Shown piece after piece: positions 9,185 through 18,759 of a DNA stretch of 64,000 nt (position 1 is its first letter; each line of letters begins with the position of its first letter). Origin of the DNA: an uncultured Eubacterium sp. (GTDB lineage: Bacteria; Bacillota; Clostridia; Peptostreptococcales; Anaerovoracaceae); the NCBI GenBank assembly GCA_964388765.1, contig CAYMBU010000001.1, forward strand, positions 596 through 64,595, written 5' to 3'. Position numbers and translations under genes: made by a program. Under the pieces are notes generated by a model. That model saw only the letters and a list, made by a program, of their open reading frames with translations, was not told where the DNA came from and did not search any database.

Positions 9185-9718
9185 ATGGGTAAAAGGTCTA
9201 CGAAAGAAGATAAAAACGTCTATTTCCAGGCGCGTGAAGATGCAGGCCTCACGAGAGCAGAAGCCAGCGAGGCGACCAGCATTTCGGAAAGCCGCATAGA
9301 AAAGATCGAGCTGCAGAACTCGGTTCCGCATCCTGACGAGGTGAACGCCATGGCTTCAGCTTACGGCGCTCCTTCAATCTGTAATTATTACTGCTCCCAC
9401 GACTGTGAGATCGGCCAGCATTATGTCCCGGAGATACAGACACGTCACCTGACGCAGGCCGTACTTGAAATGCTTGCCTCGCTTAACGATCTCGACGAAC
9501 AGAAAAACCGCCTTATCGCCATAACCGCTGACGGCGTTATCGACGACAACGAGATACAGGATCTCGCAAGGATCCAGAATGAACTCGACCGCATTTCCAT
9601 GGCGATCGACAGCTTCAATCTCTGGGTCGATGATAAGGTCGCATCCGGAGTTATCGACAAGGACAGGCTTACTGCCGCGCGTACCGGTGCTTCAGACAAG
9701 ACTCCGTCTGACCGGTAG
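9185..9718 (+). CDS. XRE-family HTH transcriptional regulator with a Cys/His motif
   Basis: AREDAGLTRAEASE..ISESRIEKIE HTH, then CNYYCSHDCEIG. Start moved to MGKRSTKE after GGAGG. Confidence 0.82.
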   Translation: MGKRSTKEDKNVYFQAREDAGLTRAEASEATSISESRIEKIELQNSVPHPDEVNAMASAYGAPSICNYYCSHDCEIGQHYVPEIQTRHLTQAVLEMLASLNDLDEQKNRLIAITADGVIDDNEIQDLARIQNELDRISMAIDSFNLWVDDKVASGVIDKDRLTAARTGASDKTPSDR

Positions 9719-9748
9719 ATCTGTACTCATGTAATGATTCATATATGC

Positions 9749-9772
9749 AAAAAGCCGGACCTTGGTCCGGCT
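9749..9772 (-). terminator. Intrinsic terminator
   Basis: agccggacc-tt-ggtccggct stem with an A-run, giving a U-tail on the minus strand. Confidence 0.65.
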
Positions 9773-9828
9773 CTCTGCTGTAATGATGATATATGAGGTT
9801 AATATGTTTTTTCCTGATCTTTATTCCA

Positions 9829-12087
9829 TTACTCTGTAACGGTCTGTGACTGTGCGGCGATGTCGCTGCTTTCTTCGTTTTCTTTCTTATCTTTCTTCAG
9901 GATCATGAATACTGCTGCGATGAAGAGCATTGCCATTACGAATGTCCATGCATCTGCAAGAACCATCTTCTTTGTAATGTCTTCTGTCAGGATGAAGACG
10001 ATCACTGACAGTGCCGGCGGAACGATGCCCAGGAAACGTCTTGTCAGGCTGAACAGTCCCGCAATAATTGTAAGTGCCATCAGGATGAGGTTCATGATCG
10101 ACCATGCGCCTGTCTGTACTCCCTGCGGAAGCTCATGATCTTCAATCGTCTCTGCTTCAGGCTCTGCTGCCGCCTGTGGTACCGCATTGTTCTCAACGAT
10201 CTCGCCGGATGTAAGTTCAGATCCCTCTGCTGTCTGAGCTCCTGCTTCAGCAGCTCTTGCTGCTGCATCGATGATGCCTGCGAAGATCTCTGCGCTTACG
10301 GCTGAGTTTGCACCGCTGACTGATCCGGCTGTTCCGTTCATTCCGTTGCTGTCGCTGTTCTCTACAGCACCTGTTGCTGTCTCTTCGTCGTCTGTATCTT
10401 CTGGTGTCTCTGCTTCAGGCTCTTCCTCAGCCTCTGCATTTTCTGGTGTCTCTGCTTCTGACTGTACTTCAAGGTCGTCTTCGATCTGTGCTTCTTCCTC
10501 AGGCTCCTCTTCCGGCTCTTCCTCTGCCTGTGGCTCTTCTGTCTGCTCTGCTTCAGGCTTCTCCTCAGGTTCAGCCTCGTCCTGTGTTTCTGCCTCAGGT
10601 TCGTCCTTGATCTCAGGTTCTTCTGTTGTTTCTGCTGCAGGCTCTTCTTCAGGCTCAGCTTTGTCCTGTGTTTCCTCTACAGACTCTTCTACTGTTTCTG
10701 CTGCAGGCTCTTCTGCCTGTGGCTCCGCTTCAGGTTCTTCAGTCTGTTCTTCTGGTTCTTCTTCAGCCTGTGGCTCTTCTGCCGGCTCCTCTTCAGGTTC
10801 AGTCTCTATCTGTGTCTCTGCTGCAGGTTCTTCTGCCGGCTCCGGCTCAGCGATCTCTCTAGCGATCACGATACCGTCGATATGGATGCCGTTGTTCTGG
10901 TATTTTACTGAGAACCACTTTACTGTGTAGTGTGCTGTATCAAAGTCCTCATAGTTTTCTGTCTTTGTGATCTTCTTTGTTTCTCCGTCGATGATGACTT
11001 TCAGTGTGAGGCCGCCCTCGATCCTTCTTCTCAGGACTTCGAATACCTCTTCATCTGTCGGGAAGTCCATTATGCTGATCTCATACTCTGTGTAGCCTGC
11101 TTCTTCGTTTCCGTTTCTGCTGTCAAAGTAGTTGCTTACAGGTGTGTCTACCATGCCGCGGATCATCTCGTCTGCAGCATCGACTCCGATCCCGTTTGAA
11201 TCCTGGTTTACAACGACTCTTCCGTCGCCTGCGCTCTTCCAGTTCTTCATGAGAGGCTCTTTTGCGTCTCCAGGATATGCTACTGTTCCGTAGATGCCGC
11301 TTACATAATTGCCTGCGTTGTTGTCGACTGCTGTAGGGACCTTGCCTGTGTTGTAGATGCTGAATGTTGTATATCTGTACTTACCTTCGCTGTTGAAACC
11401 GAATGTATTGTTCCATGTTGCGTTCAGCTTTACGATCCCGTCTTTGTTTTTATCAAATGTCTTTGCCTCTGTTTCGAGGTCTGCTGTTGAAGCTGCTTCA
11501 ACGACTTTTCCGGACTCTGTTTTCCATCCCATGAACTCGTATGAGATCTTTCCCTTTGTGATGTCTGCCTGTGTCTGGTAGAGATTTCTTGAAAGGCTGC
11601 GGATCGTGTATGCCTTCATGCCGTTTGCCTTTACTGTCTCACTGTTTCCTTCGATGCCTTTGATCTCCGGAACGAAGCTTGCGTTTGCAGGTGTCTTGAG
11701 ATCATACTGTACTGTGATCTCTTCCTCTTCTTCTTCCTCTTCTGCAGGAGCCTCTTCAGTGTTCTCGTTCTCCGCTGTTTCTGTCTGCGCTGCTTCGGCT
11801 TCAGATCTGCTCTCTACAGTATTTACTGTGTTCTCGTCTTTTGTCTCAGGAGCCGGTGTCTCAGCTTCTTTATTGTCTTCTTTTACCTCAGGAGCTTTCG
11901 TTTCTTCTGTCTCCTGAACGTCTTCTTTCTTTTCTTCTGCTACGTTCTCGATCTTCTGCTCTTCTGTCTCTGTGATCTCTTCCTCACCATACACATACTG
12001 CATTCCGCCTGCTGTGATCTGGAATACCATCATGATCATGATCAGGACTGATATCATTTTTTTGTAACCAGCTTTGAAAGTTCTCAT
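9829..12087 (-). CDS. Secreted acidic (Glu/Pro-rich stalk) surface protein with a C-terminal three-helix membrane anchor
   Basis: Signal peptide; F.GW...W (InlB B-repeat-like) segment; EEPEAE repeats; C-terminal WSIMNLIL..FILTEDI..LADAWT hydrophobic block with a KKDKK tail. Confidence 0.78.
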   Translation of the reverse strand: MRTFKAGYKKMISVLIMIMMVFQITAGGMQYVYGEEEITETEEQKIENVAEEKKEDVQETEETKAPEVKEDNKEAETPAPETKDENTVNTVESRSEAEAAQTETAENENTEEAPAEEEEEEEEITVQYDLKTPANASFVPEIKGIEGNSETVKANGMKAYTIRSLSRNLYQTQADITKGKISYEFMGWKTESGKVVEAASTADLETEAKTFDKNKDGIVKLNATWNNTFGFNSEGKYRYTTFSIYNTGKVPTAVDNNAGNYVSGIYGTVAYPGDAKEPLMKNWKSAGDGRVVVNQDSNGIGVDAADEMIRGMVDTPVSNYFDSRNGNEEAGYTEYEISIMDFPTDEEVFEVLRRRIEGGLTLKVIIDGETKKITKTENYEDFDTAHYTVKWFSVKYQNNGIHIDGIVIAREIAEPEPAEEPAAETQIETEPEEEPAEEPQAEEEPEEQTEEPEAEPQAEEPAAETVEESVEETQDKAEPEEEPAAETTEEPEIKDEPEAETQDEAEPEEKPEAEQTEEPQAEEEPEEEPEEEAQIEDDLEVQSEAETPENAEAEEEPEAETPEDTDDEETATGAVENSDSNGMNGTAGSVSGANSAVSAEIFAGIIDAAARAAEAGAQTAEGSELTSGEIVENNAVPQAAAEPEAETIEDHELPQGVQTGAWSIMNLILMALTIIAGLFSLTRRFLGIVPPALSVIVFILTEDITKKMVLADAWTFVMAMLFIAAVFMILKKDKKENEESSDIAAQSQTVTE
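10380..10850 (-). repeat. Low-complexity EEP(A/E/Q)AE coding repeats
   Basis: Recurrent ttcaggctcttc/tgcctgtggctc units that encode the acidic stalk. Confidence 0.75.
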
Positions 12088-12148
12088 TTCTTCACCTCAT
12101 ATACTTTGTTTCCTTTGTTCCGGTTGACAAGTATATTTTAGGTGAAAA

Positions 12149-12212
12149 AGCGTCACAAAAAGCGTCTTAAAATCACATTGCGGGTTGCAGAACCGTCACA
12201 CATACCGTCACA
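12149..12212 (-). promoter_or_regulatory. Direct-repeat operator (CGTCACA pairs, 12-bp period) upstream of the acidic surface protein
   Basis: agcgtcaca/agcgtctta at 12149/12161 and accgtcaca x2 at 12192/12204; TAAAAT -10 at 12135-12140 has no consensus -35. Confidence 0.5.
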
Positions 12213-12234
12213 AAAAATCTTTTCGTGTGTAAAA

Positions 12235-12771
12235 TCAGCCGTTTTTTAAAAAACTCCTTTTATGTTTACGGCTTTTCGCTTTTCTCTTCGCCACTTCCTT
12301 TGCCTCGCGTGACGCGCTCGTCTTATCGGCGATCATAACGACCCATCCGACAAGATGATGCGGCGGTATCATGCATATCGGCCACATATGCCTGTGTATC
12401 GCATTCTGCTGGACTCTGTTCGCCCCGAATTCATTCATCGCGATGAACCGCCCCTCGACAGGATGCGAGAAAGCTTTGATGTACGACGGCCTGGTGAATA
12501 TGTTGTCCTCTGTCATCCCTATATCATGCAGCAGACTTGCGCGCACCACGTCCTCTTCACTCACATGCACCCCGTGCCTTGCGAGCCATCTCGCGATGAT
12601 CAAAGCGTACCCCGCGACTTCCAGGCTGTGGACCGCGATATTGTAATCAACATGATGCCTGACGTTCCAGGCTTTCTTGAATCTGTCTGAATGAATTATA
12701 TCTCCGCCCAGACGGAGGATATCTTTCCGTATCTCTTCATTGCTGTCTCTCTTCATCTCCGTACCCTCCAT
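12235..12771 (-). CDS. HD-domain phosphohydrolase
   Basis: HSLEVA, LLHDIG, HP..G, HMWP, ADK. Confidence 0.88.
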   Translation of the reverse strand: MEGTEMKRDSNEEIRKDILRLGGDIIHSDRFKKAWNVRHHVDYNIAVHSLEVAGYALIIARWLARHGVHVSEEDVVRASLLHDIGMTEDNIFTRPSYIKAFSHPVEGRFIAMNEFGANRVQQNAIHRHMWPICMIPPHHLVGWVVMIADKTSASREAKEVAKRKAKSRKHKRSFLKNG

Positions 12772-12790
12772 AAATATGTATGGACATCTT

Positions 12791-13819
12791 TTACGGCTGA
12801 CACATGCCGCACGGCACGTAGCCCTCCTCTATTGCTTCTTCACGGCTCCCGTAGAACCACTCTCTGTTGTGCTCCAGTATGTCCCTTGCGCCTTTGCAGT
12901 CTGTCCTGTGGAACCGCATTGTGTTGTTGTTAAGTATGTATGTTACTCCGTCCGGGATCTCCAGATCCGCGGCAGGAGTATCTTTGCTGCCGCTCCGGTC
13001 CTCAGCGTCCTCCGTATCTGTCTCCGGTTCTTTCTGATCCGCATCCGCGCTTTCCGGCAGCGTCGCTTCGTCAAGCTTATTCTTTCCTGTCCTGTAATCG
13101 ATCTTCACTCCCGGCTGCACGTTGTAGCAGTACACATTGTATGATACCCCTTTGCCGCCGTCTTCAAGCGAGTACGCTTCTATATCGACTCCGCGCGCCA
13201 CAAGGTCTTTCCCGCGGAACATCGGAGTCACCCTGTAAAGCACGTGGTTTCCTGTTGACCGCACGTATTCAGCGACCCGGTTCTCAAGCGGAAGCATTCC
13301 TTCCGTGTTCATGTACCTGGTCCCTGTGATAAGGTTCCGTTCTTCCGCGTTCTGCCCTGTGAGCTGCCATCCGATAAGGTGGCACCTGTTGTACAGATAT
13401 CCTCCGTTATCTATGAAGTCGTATTTATCCAGCCGCCATCCGGAAGGCCTTATCATTCCGATTGGCCCGCGCTCACCGTCAGGCATCGTTTCAGGGCCCA
13501 CGCATGCGACAGCGGCCCCGCACCTTCCGTATCTGTCCATCTCAGTGAATATCTCAGGCGCTTCTTCACCGTCCGCCGCGGCGTTCTGCTCTGCCCATCT
13601 GATCTCATCATCATCAAAATCCGGACTGTTTCCATTTATCTCAACGTACGGGCTCCCGCTCCACTCAGGTATCTCATCAAGAACGACATAATCCGAGTTG
13701 TCGCTGTCCCTCATCTTCGCGGACCTGATCAAAGAGCATCCTGCCAGACTCACCGCAATGACCAGGATCAGCACGCAGAATATATATTCAGTTATCCCTG
13801 TAAAGTATTTTCTCTTCAT
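12791..13819 (-). CDS. DNA/RNA non-specific endonuclease lipoprotein with a C-terminal Ada-like Zn-binding domain
   Basis: Lipobox LAGC; YNRCHLIG, NLITGTRYMN, VLYRVTP; FHRTDC...GYVPCGMCQP. Confidence 0.88.
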   Translation of the reverse strand: MKRKYFTGITEYIFCVLILVIAVSLAGCSLIRSAKMRDSDNSDYVVLDEIPEWSGSPYVEINGNSPDFDDDEIRWAEQNAAADGEEAPEIFTEMDRYGRCGAAVACVGPETMPDGERGPIGMIRPSGWRLDKYDFIDNGGYLYNRCHLIGWQLTGQNAEERNLITGTRYMNTEGMLPLENRVAEYVRSTGNHVLYRVTPMFRGKDLVARGVDIEAYSLEDGGKGVSYNVYCYNVQPGVKIDYRTGKNKLDEATLPESADADQKEPETDTEDAEDRSGSKDTPAADLEIPDGVTYILNNNTMRFHRTDCKGARDILEHNREWFYGSREEAIEEGYVPCGMCQP

Positions 13820-13930
13820 GCCATTATTATACTACAGCAATAAAAAGACGGCTCTGAAAAGCACACTCTCCGGAAAGTGCTCCCGGAAATATGTTTTTCA
13901 GGGCCGTATGTCTCAGTCCCCTGATCTGTT

Positions 13931-14572
13931 TTAATCCTGTATCTGATCTTCCACGTCGTCTGCGTAGATGTAAAGCTCCACATTGTCGATCGGCCCAAGC
14001 GATCCGTCGGAAGGCCTGCTGTCGATCTGGTCCATTCCGCGGTGTATCCCGTAGAACTGGTGATATGAGCTTTCATCAGAATGCAGATAGAACTTATTTA
14101 CACCGTTCTTCTTCAGATATCTGGCCATGTAATTGAACATGCCGCTTCCGACGCCCTGTCCGCGGTGATCCTCGTCGTTTATGAAGAGCGCAACTTCCGC
14201 GCCGTAGCCTTTTCCTTCCAGGACCTCTTCAGACTTATTGAACACCCTGTTCACGTTCGTTGAATGTTTCAGGTTATCAAGCCCGTCAGGGTCTTTTGCC
14301 ATCTCCGCGACTGCTTTGGCCATTCTGAACAGATAGACCTTATTCATCGGATGGCCGTCTTTGATATCGATCACGCATACCCCGGCCGCCTTGCCGTCGT
14401 CGTCTGAAACGAACGCCTTCGTCGCGTGGATCAGCTCATAGTAAAGCACCATCTCAGCATAGTGGATGGCTACTCCGGGCTTGGCTTTGACTTTCGACCC
14501 GGCCCACATCTTCCAGATCATATCCAGAAGAGCAGGTATGTCCGATTCTCTCATTTCGCGGTACGTTATCAT
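13931..14572 (-). CDS. GNAT-family N-acetyltransferase
   Basis: HRGQGVGS acetyl-CoA-binding motif. Confidence 0.8.
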   Translation of the reverse strand: MITYREMRESDIPALLDMIWKMWAGSKVKAKPGVAIHYAEMVLYYELIHATKAFVSDDDGKAAGVCVIDIKDGHPMNKVYLFRMAKAVAEMAKDPDGLDNLKHSTNVNRVFNKSEEVLEGKGYGAEVALFINDEDHRGQGVGSGMFNYMARYLKKNGVNKFYLHSDESSYHQFYGIHRGMDQIDSRPSDGSLGPIDNVELYIYADDVEDQIQD

Positions 14573-14686
14573 GATGTCTTCTCCTTAGTTCTTCTGCTAA
14601 CTGGATTATATACTTTTATCGGCGCGGCCGCAAGATATGTAGTATAATATGATACAGAATACAGACAGAACAGAAGGGATCGGACT

Positions 14687-16279
14687 TTGAGACATTATAC
14701 AGAAAGAAACAATAAACGATATATGAAAATACTGACGGCTGCGGCATTACTGCTGATGTGCTGCGTCCTGCTGACTTCATGCGCGAAAGTGCGCGACTTC
14801 TTCCGCAAGAAGGCGGATATCACCTTTGTTGCGAACGGAGGAGCGATCGCGGAGAAATATCTGGAGGATGAAAAGAACACCGGCGACTCCAAAAGCATAA
14901 CGATGAGATGCTTTGCCGGAGACACCCTCCCCGACGACATCGCGGAGAAACAGTATTACACGTTCACCGGATGGTACACGAAAAAAGAAGGCGGAAAGAG
15001 AATAATAAGCTGCCCGGAGAAGGAAGCGACATTTTACGCACAGTGGGAGAGCGCCAACCTTAACCGCTTCGTCGATATCACGGACATAAAAGTCAGCACC
15101 GAAGCGTCCCCGGCAAAGAAACACAACCTCGTAAGGATCAGCTCAGACAGCAGCAAAAACAGTGTAAATGTCACATTCAAACTGAGTGTCTGGTTCGGAC
15201 AGCAGGTCGCGTTCACAGACAAGAAAGGAAAAGTGATCGAGGAGATCAATGTCAGCGGAGAAGACGCAGACGGGACTGAAGGTAAGTACAGCAGCGACCC
15301 TGTTACTGTTTCATGTAAACTGCCGGACAGAAAGTGGATGGACAGAAAGACTTCTTCATATTATATAAAGTCTTTCGGAAACGACCACGTGGATGAAGGC
15401 GAGCCTGTCAGGTTCAGGATAAGGCTCGATGGGCAGTATGAGCACTTTGATAAGCCGATAGAAGGCTCCACGGTTTGGTACGGCGGCAGTGAAAAGGCGC
15501 CGGACAACAGGACAGCCGTGATCATGGCTACAGACGATAAATACGTTTACGCCCGCCACGAATCCACGAACGAGACAGAAGACGGCAGCATTATATATAA
15601 ATGGAAGAAATCAGACTGCATGATCAATCTTGCGGACGTGAGGACAGATATCATCTACGACATCTATAACGCGTACAACTCCAGGTTCTTCCCTATCCGC
15701 GGCAAAGCCATGTACATGGACAACGGCGGTAAAGGCCTGAAGAGGTACGGGGAAGTCAGCAAGGATTCCGCGATGCATAGAAACGAAAAGACCGGAAAGA
15801 CCACGTTCATGGTGCCGGTACAGTGGGATTTCGCCGAAAAGGTAGCGCTCGCGCAGTCGAGAGCAAGAGACGCGGGAGTTACACTTTACATAGTGGATTC
15901 GTTCAGACCGGCGGCTTCAGTCGACCCTGTCGCGAAAAAGGTCAAGGACGCCAGCCTTCTGGCATACGGCGGTACATCAGCCCATAACTTCGGCATGGCG
16001 GTAGACACCGGCTGGCAGAGAGTGAACGAAGACGGCGAGCCTGTGGGCGAGCCTTACGACAAGAATCTTCAGGAGCTCGACAAGAAGAAGGCTGTAAAAG
16101 GCCCTCGCGGAAACTCAGCAGAGATATGGTGGCAGGGAGTCCATAAGCTTCCTCAGGAATGGTGGCACTACGGTGATACCAATCTGGATAAAGAATACAG
16201 ATCTCACGCGAACCGTGTCGCCGAGCTGTACGTGAACCAGGCCGAATGCCTGTCTGCAAAGCGCAGCACTCTGGATTAA
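14687..16279 (+). CDS. Lipoprotein with an InlB B-repeat and a C-terminal M15-family (VanX/VanY-like) Zn D,D-peptidase
   Basis: LTSC lipobox; YTFTGWYT...FYAQW B-repeat; DSFRP, SAHNFGMAVD and EWWH M15 motifs. Confidence 0.75.
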   Translation: MRHYTERNNKRYMKILTAAALLLMCCVLLTSCAKVRDFFRKKADITFVANGGAIAEKYLEDEKNTGDSKSITMRCFAGDTLPDDIAEKQYYTFTGWYTKKEGGKRIISCPEKEATFYAQWESANLNRFVDITDIKVSTEASPAKKHNLVRISSDSSKNSVNVTFKLSVWFGQQVAFTDKKGKVIEEINVSGEDADGTEGKYSSDPVTVSCKLPDRKWMDRKTSSYYIKSFGNDHVDEGEPVRFRIRLDGQYEHFDKPIEGSTVWYGGSEKAPDNRTAVIMATDDKYVYARHESTNETEDGSIIYKWKKSDCMINLADVRTDIIYDIYNAYNSRFFPIRGKAMYMDNGGKGLKRYGEVSKDSAMHRNEKTGKTTFMVPVQWDFAEKVALAQSRARDAGVTLYIVDSFRPAASVDPVAKKVKDASLLAYGGTSAHNFGMAVDTGWQRVNEDGEPVGEPYDKNLQELDKKKAVKGPRGNSAEIWWQGVHKLPQEWWHYGDTNLDKEYRSHANRVAELYVNQAECLSAKRSTLD

Positions 16280-16310
16280 GTGATCAAAAAGAACAAACTG
16301 ACTGTAAACA

Positions 16311-16898
16311 ATGGACTCGATTCTGTTTTTTATTCTGAACAGTATACTATTCGGCGTAGGACTCGCGATGGACGCATTCTCTGTATCCGCTGCAAACGGG
16401 CTCGCGGCGCCGGACATGCACATAAGCAAATCCTTTAAGATCGCCGGGACATTCGGCGCGTTCCAGATGGCCATGCCTCTTATCGGCTGGTTCTGCGTCC
16501 ACACTGTCGCAGAGAAGTTCAAGGCGTTCCAGAAATTCATCCCATGGATAGCTTTGATCCTCCTGCTGTACATCGGCGGGAGCATGATCTATGAAGGGAT
16601 CACCAACAAGGCCGCAGAAGAAGCCCGCGAGGAAGTGTCCGGAGGGACTTTGTTCATTCAGGGCGTCGCGACTTCGATAGACGCGCTTTCCGTAGGTTTC
16701 ACGATCGCGTCATACACATGGGTCAAGGCCTTATCGGAATCGCTGATAATCGGCCTTGTGACATTCGTGATCTGCCTGGTCGGCATAAAGCTCGGCAAGA
16801 CGCTCGGCATGAAGCTTTCAGGAAAGGCAGAGATACTCGGCGGAGTGATCCTGATAGGGATAGGACTGGAGATATTCATAACAGGTGTTTTCATATAA
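16311..16898 (+). CDS. mntP: Manganese efflux pump MntP-family protein
   Basis: GLAMDAFSVS and ATSIDALSVG duplicated motifs. Confidence 0.85.
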   Translation: MDSILFFILNSILFGVGLAMDAFSVSAANGLAAPDMHISKSFKIAGTFGAFQMAMPLIGWFCVHTVAEKFKAFQKFIPWIALILLLYIGGSMIYEGITNKAAEEAREEVSGGTLFIQGVATSIDALSVGFTIASYTWVKALSESLIIGLVTFVICLVGIKLGKTLGMKLSGKAEILGGVILIGIGLEIFITGVFI

Positions 16899-16917
16899 AG
16901 GTTAAGGAAGGTGGAAA

Positions 16918-18099
16918 ATGGAATCAAGAAAGTTTTTCCCTGAGCTGGATCCGGAGAAGAGACTTGCCCTCGGCTGCATGAGGCTCCCTCTCAACGGAGA
17001 CGGCGAGGGCGACATCGACATGGAAAAATGCAAAGAGATGGTCGACAGGTTCATGGAAGCCGGCTTCAACTATTTTGATACGGCGAGGGTCTATCACCGC
17101 GGAGTAAGCGAGAAGATGATAAAGGAATGCATCTCTGACAGATACCCTCGTGAATCGTTCGTTCTTACCGACAAGCTGTCAGACGCATGTTTCGAGAACG
17201 AAGAGGATATCCGCCCGCTGTTCGAGGATCAGCTGAAGGTACTTGGCGTGGACTATGTGGACTTCTATCTTATGCACGCGCTCGACAAGGGTAATTACGA
17301 CAAATATCAGCGCACTCACGCATGGGAGATCGCGCAGGAGCTCAAAGCGGAGGGAAAGATAAAGCACGTCGGCTTCTCTTTCCACGACGACGCGGAATTC
17401 CTGGAGCAGATACTGAACGACCATCCGGAAGTGGAAGTCGTACAGATACAGTTCAACTACTATGACTTCGACAGCCCTTCCGTGCAGAGCGGGGCGCTGT
17501 ACGAGATCTGCGAGAAATACGACAAGCCCGTGCTCGTTATGGAGCCTGTCCGTGGCGGAGGGCTCGCCAAGCTGATTCCTGCTGCTCAGGAAGTGCTCGA
17601 CGAGCTTTGTGAGGGAGAAGAGAATGACGCAGAGCAGGCTGATGGTGAAGACGTGAAGCTCCCGACCGCGGCGTCGTATGCTCTCAGGTTCGCGGCATCG
17701 TTCCCGCAGGTATGTATGGTGCTCTCCGGGATGGGAAGCATGGACATGATCGAGGACAACATCGATACGTTCACGGATTTCTGCCCGATAGATGAAGAGG
17801 AGCTTGAAGCGCTTAACAAGGTCAAGAAGATGATCAAGGTGCCGGGGCTCATCTCATGCACCGCCTGTCATTACTGCACGGCAGGCTGCCCGCAGAACAT
17901 CAGGATACCGGATCTTTTCCAGAACTACAACAACGAGAAGCTGTTCCCGAGCTGGAACAGCACCATGTACTATGAGATAAACACAAGGGACTCAGGCAAG
18001 GCGTCGGACTGCATCAAGTGCGGCAAGTGTGAGAAGGCCTGCCCACAGAAACTCCCCATCCGCGAGCTGCTTGAGAAAGTCGCGGCGGAATTCGAATAA
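16918..18099 (+). CDS. Aldo/keto reductase with a C-terminal 4Fe-4S dicluster
   Basis: LGCMRLP, NYFDTARVY, GFSFHD, VMEPVRGG, CTACHYC..CP, CIKCGKCEKACPQ. Confidence 0.9.
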   Translation: MESRKFFPELDPEKRLALGCMRLPLNGDGEGDIDMEKCKEMVDRFMEAGFNYFDTARVYHRGVSEKMIKECISDRYPRESFVLTDKLSDACFENEEDIRPLFEDQLKVLGVDYVDFYLMHALDKGNYDKYQRTHAWEIAQELKAEGKIKHVGFSFHDDAEFLEQILNDHPEVEVVQIQFNYYDFDSPSVQSGALYEICEKYDKPVLVMEPVRGGGLAKLIPAAQEVLDELCEGEENDAEQADGEDVKLPTAASYALRFAASFPQVCMVLSGMGSMDMIEDNIDTFTDFCPIDEEELEALNKVKKMIKVPGLISCTACHYCTAGCPQNIRIPDLFQNYNNEKLFPSWNSTMYYEINTRDSGKASDCIKCGKCEKACPQKLPIRELLEKVAAEFE

Positions 18100-18153
18100 A
18101 AGAACCGGATATGATCGGAAAGTATAAAGAGATATATTAAAAAAGAGAGAGGT

Positions 18154-18741
18154 ATGGAAATGAAAGAAACAGACACATCTTCTGAAAGCAGGACTCTGGG
18201 CAGAGTCAGCCTTAAAACATCGACGATAGCGGCACTTATCTCCGTAGCCGCGGCCGTAGCGCTGCCGCAGCTCCTTCACGTATTCGGAGCGGTGACCGGG
18301 CTGGGAACGCTCCCCGGCGAGACGTTTCTCCCGATGCACCTTCCGGTGATGCTCTGCGGATTCCTGGCGGGACCTCTGGCGGGCCTCGCGGCAGGCGCTG
18401 CTTCACCTGCCATAAGCTCCGCGCTCACGGGCATGCCGCTTCCTGCGATGATGCCGTTCATGATGATAGAGCTCGCCGCGTACGGGCTTTTCGCGGGACT
18501 GCTCAGGAACAAAGACGACAGCATGCTGACGACAGCGGTCAAGGTTCTGATGGTCCAGGCCGCGGGACGGCTGGTCCGCGCGGCCGCGATACTCATCTCG
18601 TTCTACGGGCTCGGCTTGAAGATGATCGCTCCGCCGGTGATCTGGAATTCGGTCGCTGCCGGCATCCCGGGTATGCTGATCCAGCTCGCTCTGATCCCTG
18701 TGATATGCAAAGCTGTCTATGCGGCTGAGTCCAAAGAGTAG
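18154..18741 (+). CDS. ECF transporter substrate-specific (S) component
   Basis: LPQLLH, FLPMHLPV..GF..GP, SP.IS..LTGMP, IEL..YG; about six TM helices. Confidence 0.82.
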   Translation: MEMKETDTSSESRTLGRVSLKTSTIAALISVAAAVALPQLLHVFGAVTGLGTLPGETFLPMHLPVMLCGFLAGPLAGLAAGAASPAISSALTGMPLPAMMPFMMIELAAYGLFAGLLRNKDDSMLTTAVKVLMVQAAGRLVRAAAILISFYGLGLKMIAPPVIWNSVAAGIPGMLIQLALIPVICKAVYAAESKE

Positions 18742-18759
18742 GACAGCAAGACCGAGAGT

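Noticed and set aside
10271-10930. Ser-rich 219-aa plus-strand ORF
   Set aside because: Reverse complement of the Glu-rich stalk codons.
13848-13907. Long hairpin as an ncRNA
   Set aside because: Adequately explained as a terminator-like stem with a U-tail after the GNAT gene; no family features recognised.
14687-16279. Vancomycin-resistance vanX/vanY call
   Set aside because: No vanHA/vanRS context; multidomain lipoprotein architecture.
16280-16310. yybP-ykoY Mn riboswitch before mntP
   Set aside because: Only 31 nt of intergenic space.
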